Shown piece after piece: positions 1 to 11,243 of a stretch of DNA of 43,269 bases. The notes beneath the pieces were generated by a model. It worked only from the letters and a program-made list of their open reading frames with translations. It was not told the DNA's origin and made no database searches. Where the stretch lies: NCBI GenBank assembly GCA_032718475.1, contig JAUCBJ010008255.1:1-43269 (forward strand), in the 5' to 3' direction. This stretch comes from Nemertoderma westbladi (Eukaryota; Animalia; Xenacoelomorpha). The stretch's first letter is position 1. Every line of letters starts with the position of its first letter. A program made the position numbers and the translations under genes.

Positions 1-46
1 TTTAGGAGCGGCCGCGGTATTCACCTCCCTCATAGCGGCCGCGGCG

Positions 47-698
47 GTGTTGCGTCAAATGGAGAAATATTTATCCCACCAAGTTTGTAAATTGATGTTT
101 GATATTCATAACAATGCCAAATCTTCATTAACCCATCTTTTTAGGAAATTTTCATCAACCCATTCGTACAACACACGTTCATCAGCATCAGGATCATTTA
201 TACTTCCCCTTGTGCGTCTTAATGTAGCCCATCAGTCTCTTGCATTGCAAGGTCCACTGATTTGGAATAACCTAAACCCCTCTATTAGAAAAATTACAAG
301 TAAACCGATCTTTTTGAAAAAAATAAAAGATTTGTTACTCAACCTTCACTCAGAGCTTTAGAATTTTTTATACAACCTGGAAAATAGGTAGTAATAATAA
401 GGAAATAAGTATTATATTTTTATCTTAATCTATATAACATTTGTTCGTAGCAATACAAATTCAGCTTCCGTAAAAATAATACATTGTTGATGACACCGAC
501 AGCTAAATGATATTAATATTATTTATTAACGTTTTATACTTTCAATTAAATATTTTAACATTAATCGTAGCAGCAACCCACCCCCCCCCCCCCCCCCCCC
601 CCCCACAGGGGGACAGTAAACCACTAGCTAAGCTATTATACTGTCCTCCTGCCATAAACTACTTTATGCTAAACAAAGATAATAAATAATCTTTATCT
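47..698 (+). mobile_element. CR1/L2-like non-LTR retrotransposon 3' end (ORF2 C-terminus plus 3' UTR)
   Basis: ORF 47-361 has the ORF2-end pattern HSYNTRS..F.LP..RLN...SL..QGP.IWNNL...IR...F.KKIK.LL; 3' UTR stem-loop CAGGGGGACAGTA (606-618) / TACTGTCCTCCTG (639-651); AATAAA at 681 and a short simple tail. Confidence 0.75.
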
Positions 699-930
699 GC
701 CAAGATATTTCCGTCATTACCATAAGTTATTTTAATATTTTTTTTTCGAAGTTGCTTATGAGTTACTTACTTACTGGTTCTAATATTCCTTGGTGTGTTC
801 ATTTTATGGCAGCGGTTATGGTCCCCAGACATTTTTGGTTTAGCAACAGGACGACATTTCGTCTTTTTTGTCTATGCAATTTGTTTTTTGTTTTGTTTAT
901 GGAAAAATAAATTTCTTATCTTATCTTATA
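699..930 (+). mobile_element. Second short LINE 3' end fragment
   Basis: AATAAA followed by a (TCTTA)n tail at about 912-929; it abuts and truncates the inverted-repeat arm that begins at about 931. Confidence 0.4.
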
Positions 931-2247
931 GTTTTTTCATAGCAACGGTAAGTTAATTCTTAGCAACGGAATGTTTTTACATGGTAACAAGTAGTTTTCA
1001 AGGAATCCCAAGTAGTAACACCACCTTGTGACGAGTTTTCTATAGCAACAATGCGTTTAGTGCATAGTAACAGTACGTTTATCACAGATGCGGAATATTG
1101 TAACCCCCCCTCCCCTCCCCCGCAATTGAGAGTGTATCAAGGTCTTGAATTAATACACACTATATTCCAGGTCATGGTGTATATACGTATACAACCATTT
1201 ATTCTAGAACAAGATGAATTGCAAAATAATAAAATATAAAATAAAAAAATAACAAAGCTATTCGCCCAGTTGATTTGGAATTTTTATTACAACATGAACT
1301 GATTCCTGTTCGAATATCCCCTAGCCTGTTCGAATATCTACAGATGGCAGTTTACATACAGCAATCAAATCGCTCTTAACTGATATCCTAATAATACGGA
1401 TCTACAGTACTTACTCCACCTAGCGTACAACTTTTTGGAAGAACTAGTAAGTGATGGACAAGCGATGGTGATGGCATTGGGTAAATCACGTGGTGTGGTT
1501 ACATTTGGTGATTATGACGATATGTTTGTGGAGTCTTTTCTGGATAAAGGGAAACTATTTGACCGAATTGATGAGACATCCGATCATTACCAACAGTGTT
1601 CCATCAAGGATGGTACAAGGAAAAAGCGGAGCAAAGATCATAGACCAATACGACGGGTCAATAAAGATTCCTCAGTCCCATTATCCAGTAACTGGGCAAG
1701 TTTTATACCCTTGGGTGAGAATAAGCTTGACTTGTCTGAGCTATTAACTGAAAACATAATATGTCGAGCTCCTGTAAGCAAGGTACTTGTAGTAGCAGGA
1801 GGTCTTCGTGATATAATTATCACAGATCATCTGATAGAGATTTAGAAGTATCTTCACTGCAAGGAAATCATGAAGAGGTAGACACTCGTATAGTATTGCA
1901 CTGCCTGAACATTGATGCAGATTCTATAGTGGAATCGTCTAGAGAGACAGATGTTCTTGTGTTACTCATAGCCCACTACAGTAAAATGACATGTGCTCAG
2001 TTATGCCTGAAGTCAGGGACTTCAAAGAAGCCACGTTATATTCCAGCGCACAAAATTTATAAAAGATTATCTCGTGATCTAGTATCTAGTTGCTATAGAA
2101 AACTCGTCGCAAGGTGGTGTTACTACTTGGGATTCCTTGAAAACTAGTTGTTACCATGTAAAAACATTCCGTTGCTAAGGTAAACTCGTCATTACTATAC
2201 AAACGTCCCCGTTGCTTAGGATTAACTTACCGTTGCTATAGAAAAAA
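931..2247. repeat. Inverted repeat pair (about 931-1049 vs 2089-2247)
   Basis: For example CAAGGAATCCCAAGTAGTAACACCACCTTG (left) is the exact reverse complement of CAAGGTGGTGTTACTACTTGGGATTCCTTG (right); the right arm has an extra internal segment of about 40 bp. Confidence 0.9.
1290..2075 (+). pseudogene. Academ (AcademX-type) transposase fragment with XPG/FEN1-like nuclease motifs, frameshifted
   Basis: Across frames: HELIPV..SL, VSDGQAMV...TFGDY...RID...Y...SIKD.TR.KR, NWASFI...NK, then HEEVDTRIVLH (from 1869) and SSRETDVLVLL, matching the HEEADT / SxDTDV nuclease motifs. Confidence 0.65.
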
Positions 2248-2771
2248 CAAATACAGAGTTGATTATTGCCACTGTAAAACTCACCTTTTATGTTCTTTAT
2301 AAAATATGTTTTTGTAGTGAAAAGACCGCTGTTACAATGAAAAAATGTCGTTGCTAAGCTAAAGTAGCCGTTGCTATGCAAAAATTATCATTGTTATACA
2401 AAACATGCCATCACTACAGATAACTTGCTCCTCTTATTTAAAACCTATGCAAAAATGTTCTTATGAAAAACCCCCGGTTGCTATGGTAAACTTTCGTTGC
2501 TAAGAAAATAAAGTAAATTAAAACATATTTTAGTGATTTGGTATACGTCCCAGATTTTAAAATTTGTCTGAACTGCACTATTTAAAAAATTTTGGGAAAC
2601 CCAACAGTTATTATCGTATTAGGAGGAAAATTTGTCAAATAGAATAACTACAGAAGACCCCATATTCTTTTAAATATCAAAAATCTTTAAATTATTAATC
2701 TCTAAGGCGAATAAAATACCAACGATATTTGAAATATATAAATAATAAAATATGCCCGTTGCTATGGTAAC

Positions 2772-3128
2772 TGTTACGGTATATGGCGCTGTATCCATAT
2801 TATTAGTCATCATGCAGTATGCAATATTAGTCCGTTGTGCAGTATGCAATATTAGTCTGTTATACTGTACGTAATATTAGTCCATTGTGCAGCGTGATAT
2901 TTTAGATAAGGCATAATAACGCAGTGGTATTTAGATAGGGAAATCAAAACGCCCATATATTTGAGTCCATCCATTTTGTATAGTATGTAGCCCTACCTAC
3001 GTAATTTTGTATTAGGATATATGTAGATAGTTCCAGGGTAGCGAGTTTATTCGGACCCTGGATTTTGTGCTTGCTGATATTAGTTTGATAGGGCTAGCAT
3101 ATAGGGACGCCGTCCTGGCCATTCAGCA
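2772..3128 (+). repeat. 5' LTR, truncated to the first 357 bp
   Basis: Identical by eye to 12335-12691; the match stops abruptly after ...GGCCATTCAGCA. Confidence 0.9.
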
Positions 3129-3140
3129 TGGAATACGCGG

Positions 3141-6100
3141 ATGGAGCGCCGACCCAGTTCGACGGAGAACTTCCGGGTTAAACCGGAAGAGGGATCGTAT
3201 GAGAGACAGCGGATTACTCAGATAGAGCCGACTATACAACAGAACCCTAGCCAGGAATTTATTACGAGGGACGAGTTGAGTGCTAGTTTAGCGCAAGCTA
3301 TATCGCCGCACATCCAACCTATAACGGACATGCTTAGCAACCTACGGTTAAAGGAAGCAGCCCAGGTAAGGAGTAATTCTAATCCTAGCAGGCCTGAGTT
3401 AGATAAAGTCCAGCCTAGTCAACGAGTACGCATATCGGAGGAGACTATACCACATAGACCTCAGGTAAGGACGCCTGTCCCGAACATCTCTAATCCCAAT
3501 TTCGAAAATTCGGCCGAGAAATTTATTGAGGAGGCTTGGATCAGGGCCTCGGGGCGCAAACCATCGCGAGCGCTAAGGACTGACACCGAGTCAAGCGATG
3601 AAGAGGAAGACATGAGACGTCATAAGTCCCGAAACTATAAAGAAAGAAGGACGGACGCGGAGCAGGTAAGTTTCAACCACCGGGAAAGGAACAGACTTAA
3701 CAACCCTGCGGAACTAAACCATTTGTTAACCCGGAACGACGCAACCCTTAGGGACATAGGTAAGTTTGCTGCTAGGCAAGGACTGCCGACGCAACAACCC
3801 CAGAAGTTTATGGGCAACCATAAGCATTGGAGGACTTTCAAAACCTATGTCGACGAGCAGCTAACCAACAGCACCTTTACTCCCAACGAGAAGTTCAACT
3901 ATTTGCTTCAGATGCTCCATCGAGAACCTAGAGCCATTGCTGATAACTTCGTCGGCAACGAAAGAGCATTCGAGTTAGCGATGAAGACACTTAGTGACAT
4001 CTACGGGAATAAAACCAAGATGGCACAGTCGATAGTAGAAGACTTGGGTAAGGGCGGAAGGATTACAACTCCGTTAGAGCTGTTGAACTTAGCGAACGCT
4101 ATTTCGAACGCATTGGAGATCTTGAGGACGGTGAATCTACCTCATCATGGTGATCACGCCGAAGTTTTGAAAAGCGTAATAAGACGTCTAAACATGCGTT
4201 ACAGACAGAAATGGCGCAAATTAGAGAATAAGTTGGAGGGCCAAGGTAAGGTGTTGACACTTCAGCATATTCATGACATGATAGCCACAGACGCAGTAGC
4301 AGAGATGAAATCAAACTTCTCAGAAGAGAATATGAGGGAGTCTAAACCTGTTACCGGTAAGTCTATGGTAAGTTTTGACGATGACAGGACCACTGTGACA
4401 TTTAACTCAGTAGACAGATATAATTCGAATACCCCAGCCTTTAGATCAGACTCGCGAGTATGGTCAGGTGAGCGGTTAGATAGACCTAGGTTAAAGCAAC
4501 AGGAGTTGCCGGATGGATTTGTAGGTTGCCAATACTGTTTACTAAAGGAGGTAAGATCTGACGACCATAAGTTAGATAGTTGCAGACGGTTCAAAGAATT
4601 AAATTCGGAACAGAGAAGAATTCAAGTGCGGACGTTGGACACCTGTTGGGCATGTCTTGCGCCAGGCCATGTATGGCGGCAGTGCCCGAACAGCAAGGAC
4701 GGATGCATGGAATGCGGCAGACTACATCACAAGTTGCTACATGCGGATTTCCACACCCCAACGGACCGTTACTTACAGCAAAATCCTCACAGGAAGGGGA
4801 GCAAAGAACCCGTATCGATAAGGAGGAATACGTACACTGGCATCCAGGACGATGGTTACCAACCAGGTTCGTCGGACGAGGATGGCGAGTCGAGCGCAAG
4901 AGAGGTGACCTGCCAAGGTTTCACCGCGGATAGTTCATCGACCAGCGCGCGGACGTATTTATCATCGGCCACGTCGGAAATATTTAGCGTGATTCCGGTG
5001 AAACTCACCGGCGATAAGGGATCGAAGAGAATATATGTGATGTTGGACACTGCGTCCACATTATCGTATATCGACGAGGAAGTGGCGAGAGCTATTTCTA
5101 GCTTCCAGGACGCCGAGGAGATCCAAATAGAGTTGAAGTCTATGCACGGAGTAGGTGACCTCAAGGGACACAGAATTTCGGTGGAACTAGATTCCCTACT
5201 TCCGAGAGACCAGCATACTCGACAAGAACGGAAAGCTTTGCCATTGGACGGATTTAAGTGTCTAGCTATGAAGGGATTCGGCAGGCAGTTAGGTAAGGTG
5301 CCGCCGATGAGTCCCATAGCACAGGAGTATTTTGACAAGCTCAGGATACCCAGACACCAGGTAGGTTATAGGAATGTTTCTATGTTGATTGGTGCAGAAC
5401 AGCTGATTGCACACCAGATATGGGAAACGAGACCAGCTGAGCCGCATGTCAATGGACCACATGCCCATAGGACCATACTAGGTTGGTATACACGAGTACC
5501 CATGTCTTATGAGTTTACAGGTGGCGACAAGCCAATGGACAGATACGATGAATTACAGCCTATAACTCAACCACCGTTAGTAGAACCACCAGACATAGAC
5601 GAGTTTAGGAGAACCTGTATTGACCACTATAGTGACTTTAGCGAGTCGGACGAGGAGTTGATTCCCGATAATGTTAGGTTGTCGGAACCACTTCACAATG
5701 ACCGGACAGATAGTGAACCCGAGGACTACTGTTATCAGACCCGTGGGTCTGGTTCAGCGGCCCACGCTACCTATTTGACTAACGTTTTGACTTATACAGA
5801 CATAGTGGAGGGTCAAGTGGCTAAATATCGAGACCTAGACATTTTCCAATACAGTGAGGAGGAATTACAGAAGGAATTGATACGCCAGGACCTCGAGACA
5901 GGAGCCAGAACCGTCGAATGGCTGGATAGGGACGCAATGGAACCCGGTGGATATGACCTAGCCATGTCTACTGATGAGAAACGGTCGCTGGAGATGATGG
6001 AAGACACCATACGTCTGCTACCGACTGGACATTTTGAAGTTGGAATGTTGTGGCGTCGACAACCACCTAAGTTGGAGAACAACTACAGCTTAGCCTTGAA

Positions 6101-9100
6101 AAGATTAAACGGAGTAAGGGCTCGGTTGTTGAAGAATCCGGACATTAGGGAGAAGTATTGCGCCCAGATCAACAACTATTTCGCCAAGGGATTTGCTGGG
6201 AAGGTAGAGGACCCTGACTTAGTGACAGACCAGACTTATTACCTTCCACACCACTATGTGACTCACCCTGACAAGCCAGACAAAGTCCGAGTAGTCAACG
6301 ACTGCGCAGCAGTCTATAGAGGTATGTCCCTGAATTCAGAGTTGATGGATGGTCCCAACCTGAACAATTATTTGATAGGAATACTGTTGCGTTTTAGACA
6401 GCGGCGATTCGCATTTACTTGTGACGTCGAGGCGATGTTCCACCAGGTAAGAGCCTGTAAGGCAGACCAGGATAGCCTTCGATTTCTCTGGTTTGAGAAT
6501 GAAGACTTATCCGGCCCAGTGGTTACATACCAAATGTACGTTAGGATATTTGGCGCCCGCGATAGTCCGAATGGCACGCTGTTCGTTCTAAAGAAAACGG
6601 CAACAGCCCAGATTGGTAAGTATCCAGTAGAAGTAATCGAGTCTATATTGAGAAACTTCTATATGGACGACGGATTGGTGTCCAAGGACACGGCGGAACA
6701 AGCCATAGAAGTGGCTCACGGCCTGCAAGAGTGCTTGGCTACAGGGGGTTTTCCTCTAACCAAGTTCACTACAAACTCGGAGGCCCTATTAGAGTCGTTC
6801 CCGGTAAAAGATCGCGGGAGCGGAGACATAGAATTGGGGGTAGAACCAATTCCCATGGCGCGAGTACTGGGACTCGCTTGGAACCCGAACTCAGACAAGT
6901 TCCAGGTAAGAGTTAGATTTGAGCCCAGTAGCCCAGACAAAGTTTTGACTAAGAGGATTTGCTTATCGACATTAAGTAGACTATTTGACCCGATGAACTT
7001 TATCAGTCCGGTTATATTACAGGCACGAGCGGTCATGAGGAAAATTTGGTTGTCCGACATAGAGTGGGACGAACCAATATCTCCTATACATGCAAAGCAG
7101 TGGAGGGAGTGGGAAGCCGAGTTGCATCTATTGAAAAATATAGATGTACCCCGTTCCTACTTTCCGAATCAGCTGGTATTTCCAGCTGATCTCGAACTCC
7201 ATCTATTTAGTGACGCAAGTGACACCGGCTTTGGTATGGTAGCCTACCTTCGCCGAGAGGTAAGTCAGGACAAGTTTGAGACGGCCTTTGTAACTTCTAG
7301 ATCAAAGACAATGCCGGTCAAATACATGACTGTCCCTCGTGCAGAGTTACAGGCGGCTGTAGTTTCAGTCGAGGTAAGTAAGCAAATAACTGAGGAATTA
7401 GACACGACATTGACCTTATTTTATTGGACGGACGCATCCTTGGTGTTAGTATACATTGCGGCCGACAATATTGCACTAAAGACATTTGTGGCCAACAGAC
7501 GCGCTCAGATCGTTGACTTTTCGACGAAGGAACAATGGAGACATTGTCCGGGAGTGTTGAACCCGGCCGACATAACTTCGAGAGGTGCAATGCCGGCGGA
7601 ATTCTGTCAGGAAGAGTCGCAGGAGTTTTGGTTGCATGGACCTGATTTTCTAACGAGGACACAGGAACATTGGCCAGAGCGACTAAAGATAGTGACCAAT
7701 CCGATGCCTGAAGATGCAGAAGTCAAGGTGGAGAAAGTCTCTAAGTCAAAGTCTAAAGCCAAACTTAAGTCATTGGAGCGGCCTGAAGAGTCATTGGAGC
7801 GGCCTGAAGAGTCATTGGAGCGGCCCGGAGACCTGTCAGACCAACAGACTTACGTGACTACTAGGTCAGGAAGGGTAAGTTATGACATAAAACCACCCTT
7901 ACAGACTAGACGACAGTCACAGTTGGTAAGTGACGGACAGAAAATGACCGACACAATGGATCCTTTGGTTTCCAAACCTGCGGGTTTGGATTCGAAACTT
8001 CCATCAATTAGCGGACAACCGTCGCTGGCATTAGAGTCATGCAGTATTTATGACAAATTACTAAATTCGTCTGCCTCTTGGCTGACAATTTGTAAAAGAA
8101 CTGCGTGGTTAAGCCGATACATTTTGTACCTTTGTTTAAAACATTCGAAATATTTGAGAGAACGAACGAGCACCAATAGTGAGCGAATTCGAAAATTGAA
8201 ACAACCTCTGACAGAGGATGAGATTGATCAAGCGGAATTAAAGCATTTGAAGCATTATCAAATGTGTGCCTTCCCCAAAGAATTCCATCTATTATCGGCT
8301 CAACGACCAGTTCTCTATAAACCCCTTAGAAAATGGAGTCCATTAATCCATAAGGGTTTGATTTGTCATAGATCGAGAATCCAGACTGTCGACATTAACT
8401 CACAGTTTCGGTTCCCAGTGATAATCCCTAGTCACCCAATAGAATTGCAAAGAGCGATTCTATGGGATATACATAAGAGGTTACATCACGCGGGAAAGTT
8501 ACACTGTTTGTCGGCAGCGAGACAGCGATTCATTCTATTGCAGCCAAGCAGGGCAGTCGGCACTATGTACGACGCCTGTCTGGTTTGCAAGAGGGTGAAC
8601 GCCAGAGTATTGGAACAGGAGATGGCTGAACTCCCGGAAGCGAGAGTGCAGGCATATGACCCACCCTTTACGAACACAGGGGTGGATTGTTTTGGTCCGA
8701 TTGAGGCAAAGAGTGGACGGCTGACCCACAAGCGATGGGGTCTGCTACTGACATGTATGGCGAGTAGAGCCATACATATCGAGCGTGTGGCAGACATGTC
8801 GACCAAATCTCTGCTCCTGGCCTTGAAGAGATTTATGGCCAGGAGAGGACTAGTAAAGGCGTTCTACTCCGATAAGGGTACAAACTTTGTCGGAGGGAAT
8901 AGCGAGTTGAACGCGGCTCATAAAGCAGCACAGAATAAGGAAATTTCTGCAGCACTTTTGCCGCAAAGAGTAGAATGGAGATTTAATACTCCAGAAAGTC
9001 CTTGGAGAGGAGGAAGTTGGGAGCGTTTAGTACGCTCTGTAAAGCAGGCCATTGCTAAAACGTTGCCTGTAAACAAACAACTTACCGACGACGAACTGGT

Positions 9101-9635
9101 TACAGCTTTCATTGAAATCGAGCATACACTAAACTCGAGGCCGATAGCTATGTTGCCAGACGGTGTTGCATTAACGCCGAATCATTTGCTAATGCAGAGT
9201 CCAGCATTTCTTGTGCCGGCATCAGAACCCATTAGTGCCGACCTATATAGTCGTAAGAGCTGGAAAGTGACACAATTAGTAGCGTACACATTCTGGGAAT
9301 ATTGGCGGGAATATTATCTTCCCACCATATCCACCAGAACAAAGTGGTACAAAACGGTTCGGAGTCTCCAAAGGGGAGATTACGTGTTGATAACCGAACC
9401 CATTGTCAAGAGAAAGTATTGGGAGACGGGAGTGATCTTGCACACACACCCAGACGTGCAAAACATAGTGCGCACAGTCACTGTGAAAATTAGGTGCAAG
9501 TGTCCGCACCCAAAAAAGTGTAAAACTAATGGTTTACACACCTTGGACCGACCGGTCCAAGATATTGTGTTATTAGAGGAGACACGTATCGAGACGGGAG
9601 ATTATAATTTGTCTCCTGCCTCAAAACTGAATTAG
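3141..9635 (+). CDS. Bel/Pao gag-pol polyprotein (2164 aa; probably N-terminally truncated)
   Basis: Gag (PQKFMG..W..F...EKFNYL..ML...L...YG); three Cys/His knuckles (CQYC..H...C, CWAC...H....C, CMEC...HH..LH); protease LDTAS; RT YYLPHH..KVRVV.D, DVEAMFHQ, FGA..SP, FYMDD; RNase H FSDAS, PRAELQAA, NPAD..SRG; integrase HH..CLVC, GVDCFGP, SDKGTNF, GGSWERLVRSVK. Confidence 0.97.
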   Translation: MERRPSSTENFRVKPEEGSYERQRITQIEPTIQQNPSQEFITRDELSASLAQAISPHIQPITDMLSNLRLKEAAQVRSNSNPSRPELDKVQPSQRVRISEETIPHRPQVRTPVPNISNPNFENSAEKFIEEAWIRASGRKPSRALRTDTESSDEEEDMRRHKSRNYKERRTDAEQVSFNHRERNRLNNPAELNHLLTRNDATLRDIGKFAARQGLPTQQPQKFMGNHKHWRTFKTYVDEQLTNSTFTPNEKFNYLLQMLHREPRAIADNFVGNERAFELAMKTLSDIYGNKTKMAQSIVEDLGKGGRITTPLELLNLANAISNALEILRTVNLPHHGDHAEVLKSVIRRLNMRYRQKWRKLENKLEGQGKVLTLQHIHDMIATDAVAEMKSNFSEENMRESKPVTGKSMVSFDDDRTTVTFNSVDRYNSNTPAFRSDSRVWSGERLDRPRLKQQELPDGFVGCQYCLLKEVRSDDHKLDSCRRFKELNSEQRRIQVRTLDTCWACLAPGHVWRQCPNSKDGCMECGRLHHKLLHADFHTPTDRYLQQNPHRKGSKEPVSIRRNTYTGIQDDGYQPGSSDEDGESSAREVTCQGFTADSSSTSARTYLSSATSEIFSVIPVKLTGDKGSKRIYVMLDTASTLSYIDEEVARAISSFQDAEEIQIELKSMHGVGDLKGHRISVELDSLLPRDQHTRQERKALPLDGFKCLAMKGFGRQLGKVPPMSPIAQEYFDKLRIPRHQVGYRNVSMLIGAEQLIAHQIWETRPAEPHVNGPHAHRTILGWYTRVPMSYEFTGGDKPMDRYDELQPITQPPLVEPPDIDEFRRTCIDHYSDFSESDEELIPDNVRLSEPLHNDRTDSEPEDYCYQTRGSGSAAHATYLTNVLTYTDIVEGQVAKYRDLDIFQYSEEELQKELIRQDLETGARTVEWLDRDAMEPGGYDLAMSTDEKRSLEMMEDTIRLLPTGHFEVGMLWRRQPPKLENNYSLALKRLNGVRARLLKNPDIREKYCAQINNYFAKGFAGKVEDPDLVTDQTYYLPHHYVTHPDKPDKVRVVNDCAAVYRGMSLNSELMDGPNLNNYLIGILLRFRQRRFAFTCDVEAMFHQVRACKADQDSLRFLWFENEDLSGPVVTYQMYVRIFGARDSPNGTLFVLKKTATAQIGKYPVEVIESILRNFYMDDGLVSKDTAEQAIEVAHGLQECLATGGFPLTKFTTNSEALLESFPVKDRGSGDIELGVEPIPMARVLGLAWNPNSDKFQVRVRFEPSSPDKVLTKRICLSTLSRLFDPMNFISPVILQARAVMRKIWLSDIEWDEPISPIHAKQWREWEAELHLLKNIDVPRSYFPNQLVFPADLELHLFSDASDTGFGMVAYLRREVSQDKFETAFVTSRSKTMPVKYMTVPRAELQAAVVSVEVSKQITEELDTTLTLFYWTDASLVLVYIAADNIALKTFVANRRAQIVDFSTKEQWRHCPGVLNPADITSRGAMPAEFCQEESQEFWLHGPDFLTRTQEHWPERLKIVTNPMPEDAEVKVEKVSKSKSKAKLKSLERPEESLERPEESLERPGDLSDQQTYVTTRSGRVSYDIKPPLQTRRQSQLVSDGQKMTDTMDPLVSKPAGLDSKLPSISGQPSLALESCSIYDKLLNSSASWLTICKRTAWLSRYILYLCLKHSKYLRERTSTNSERIRKLKQPLTEDEIDQAELKHLKHYQMCAFPKEFHLLSAQRPVLYKPLRKWSPLIHKGLICHRSRIQTVDINSQFRFPVIIPSHPIELQRAILWDIHKRLHHAGKLHCLSAARQRFILLQPSRAVGTMYDACLVCKRVNARVLEQEMAELPEARVQAYDPPFTNTGVDCFGPIEAKSGRLTHKRWGLLLTCMASRAIHIERVADMSTKSLLLALKRFMARRGLVKAFYSDKGTNFVGGNSELNAAHKAAQNKEISAALLPQRVEWRFNTPESPWRGGSWERLVRSVKQAIAKTLPVNKQLTDDELVTAFIEIEHTLNSRPIAMLPDGVALTPNHLLMQSPAFLVPASEPISADLYSRKSWKVTQLVAYTFWEYWREYYLPTISTRTKWYKTVRSLQRGDYVLITEPIVKRKYWETGVILHTHPDVQNIVRTVTVKIRCKCPHPKKCKTNGLHTLDRPVQDIVLLEETRIETGDYNLSPASKLN
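7768..7826 (+). repeat. In-frame 21-bp tandem repeat (about 3 copies, SLERPEE) in the RNase H-integrase linker
   Basis: AGTCATTGGAGCGGCCTGAAG repeated. Confidence 0.9.
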
Positions 9636-10395
9636 TGTTGGACGCAACTCACTTCGTATGCATTCCTCGTATGCAAATACAAGGAAATGCATAGGAGCGG
9701 GGTTGTGGTGATTTGCGTTGAGTTTTGTCTGGTGGGTATCAAAACAAAATTTTATTTCAAAAATTTTGGAAAAAATTAGAAAATTTTAAAATTAGAAGTG
9801 AACCCAAGACAATTCCAGACGCTGTGTATAGACGCGTTTTAGAATTCGTCTATAGATAAACAGTAATTTGAAAAGTCGTGAAGCCTGGAAAATAGCATTT
9901 AGAAACCATGGTGACGGCTATATTACGTAGGAGTGTAAATTGAGTTTAGCAACTTCCACAGATTGGTGCCAATAGTGCAACTAAGGTGCTAAAGGTTAGT
10001 AGCACCAGAGGCGTGCATGGACCCCACTCAGTAGTTTGCAGGATGTGTGATGTTCGATTATCAAACCTGTGGGTTTGGTATAGTCGAGTATTGTGGCTAT
10101 GGTCCTTTCTAACTACTGTAGTTTAGTACGAGTAATGGGAGTAGTTCGGGCATCAAAAAGTGAGTTGGTCACGGCCAGTTTATCTCCAAAGTTTTTGCGC
10201 TATGCATGGGAATAGGTTAGAGGATAGTTAGTTAGGAAGAGACGGGATCTAGAGAGTCGAACCTGAACTGCTGGAAGGCAGCGAGGGGGGTTCGGGAGGT
10301 CTGTCCTTCGGCGACATCTAACTGATTACCCACAGTGTAATTGGTTTGCGTAACGGAACACTTATTGGGATATATATGTATATACGCGGGGCATA

Positions 10396-11243
10396 ATGGA
10401 GAAGGATATTAGAGCGCAACCGCGCAGAGGATTTACTGCCAGAGAGGAGGCGGAGTTACCATTCGCGCGACCGGGATGTAAAGATTCGAACGTTTACTAC
10501 CATGGGCGGTCGGTGATGGAGCTAAATGGGAAATACAAACCCACGATTCCCGACCGACTAGACGAGCAACATCCAGAACCGATATTAACGCGTTGTCAAG
10601 CTCACCAGTTCCTTAGATATACGAGGGAGGTTACCCGATGAGCAACCCGATGATCAGTATCGACTTCAGCGGAAAGCGACCTCCGAGACCCATTACGCCG
10701 ACCGTTACGACTTTAGATCCGTATACGGAGATTAAACCCTGTTCGACACGGCATAGACACGGTGGCGGCCATTTCGCTATACCGAGCCTATAAGGACCTA
10801 GAGGCGCGGCGCGAAGCGGTACGGGACTCGAGTTCCTGGACCACGTTCACTTCGCTTCACCAGGAAAGGAAGGTCACGCCTGAGTATCCAGACGAGATTC
10901 GCGCCGTCCATCCGTCTACTAACTATACCCACGATCCGCGGTTTATACGATATTTACTCCAAATTATTTCGGGAAGTTTCGACGAACGCATTACTAAGCC
11001 CGAATATGTCCAATCCTTTATATATCATCGTCGCTCTGATATATACGTCTAGATTTATTACCCAACGCACAATTGGCGGCCTAAGGAGACTCGTTTGGGG
11101 TCATTGACCTCTGAACGAGTGGAGGATCAGGACCGCCGCGCCCACAGAGACAACAGCCGGAGCTCACAGCTCGCGGCAAGTACCAGAAGGAGGAGTCCTT
11201 GGCAAGCGTCAAGCCAAGGACGAGCAGTTCTATTCTACGGTTG
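10396..11243 (+). other. Possible accessory coding region of the Bel/Pao element (short consecutive ORFs, product unknown)
   Basis: GC-richer island between pol stop and 3' LTR. ORFs 10396-10641, 10638-10793 (ATGA overlap) and 10762-11052; the last frame stays open about 60 codons past the TAG. Confidence 0.35.

Noticed and set aside
7-46. Two GCGGCCGC sites at the window start as cloning linker
   Set aside because: No other vector-like sequence, and too little context; could equally be the end of a repeat
2772-3140. A complete 357-bp LTR ending in CA followed by a TGG primer-binding site
   Set aside because: The 3' copy would then be followed by GCCAG rather than the GTAAC TSD. TSD and terminal inverted repeat both fit an end at 14504, and I could not match the TGG stretch to a tRNA
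3635-9509. Antisense and alternate-frame ORFs inside gag-pol
   Set aside because: Short shadow ORFs of a long coding frame, with no recognisable motifs
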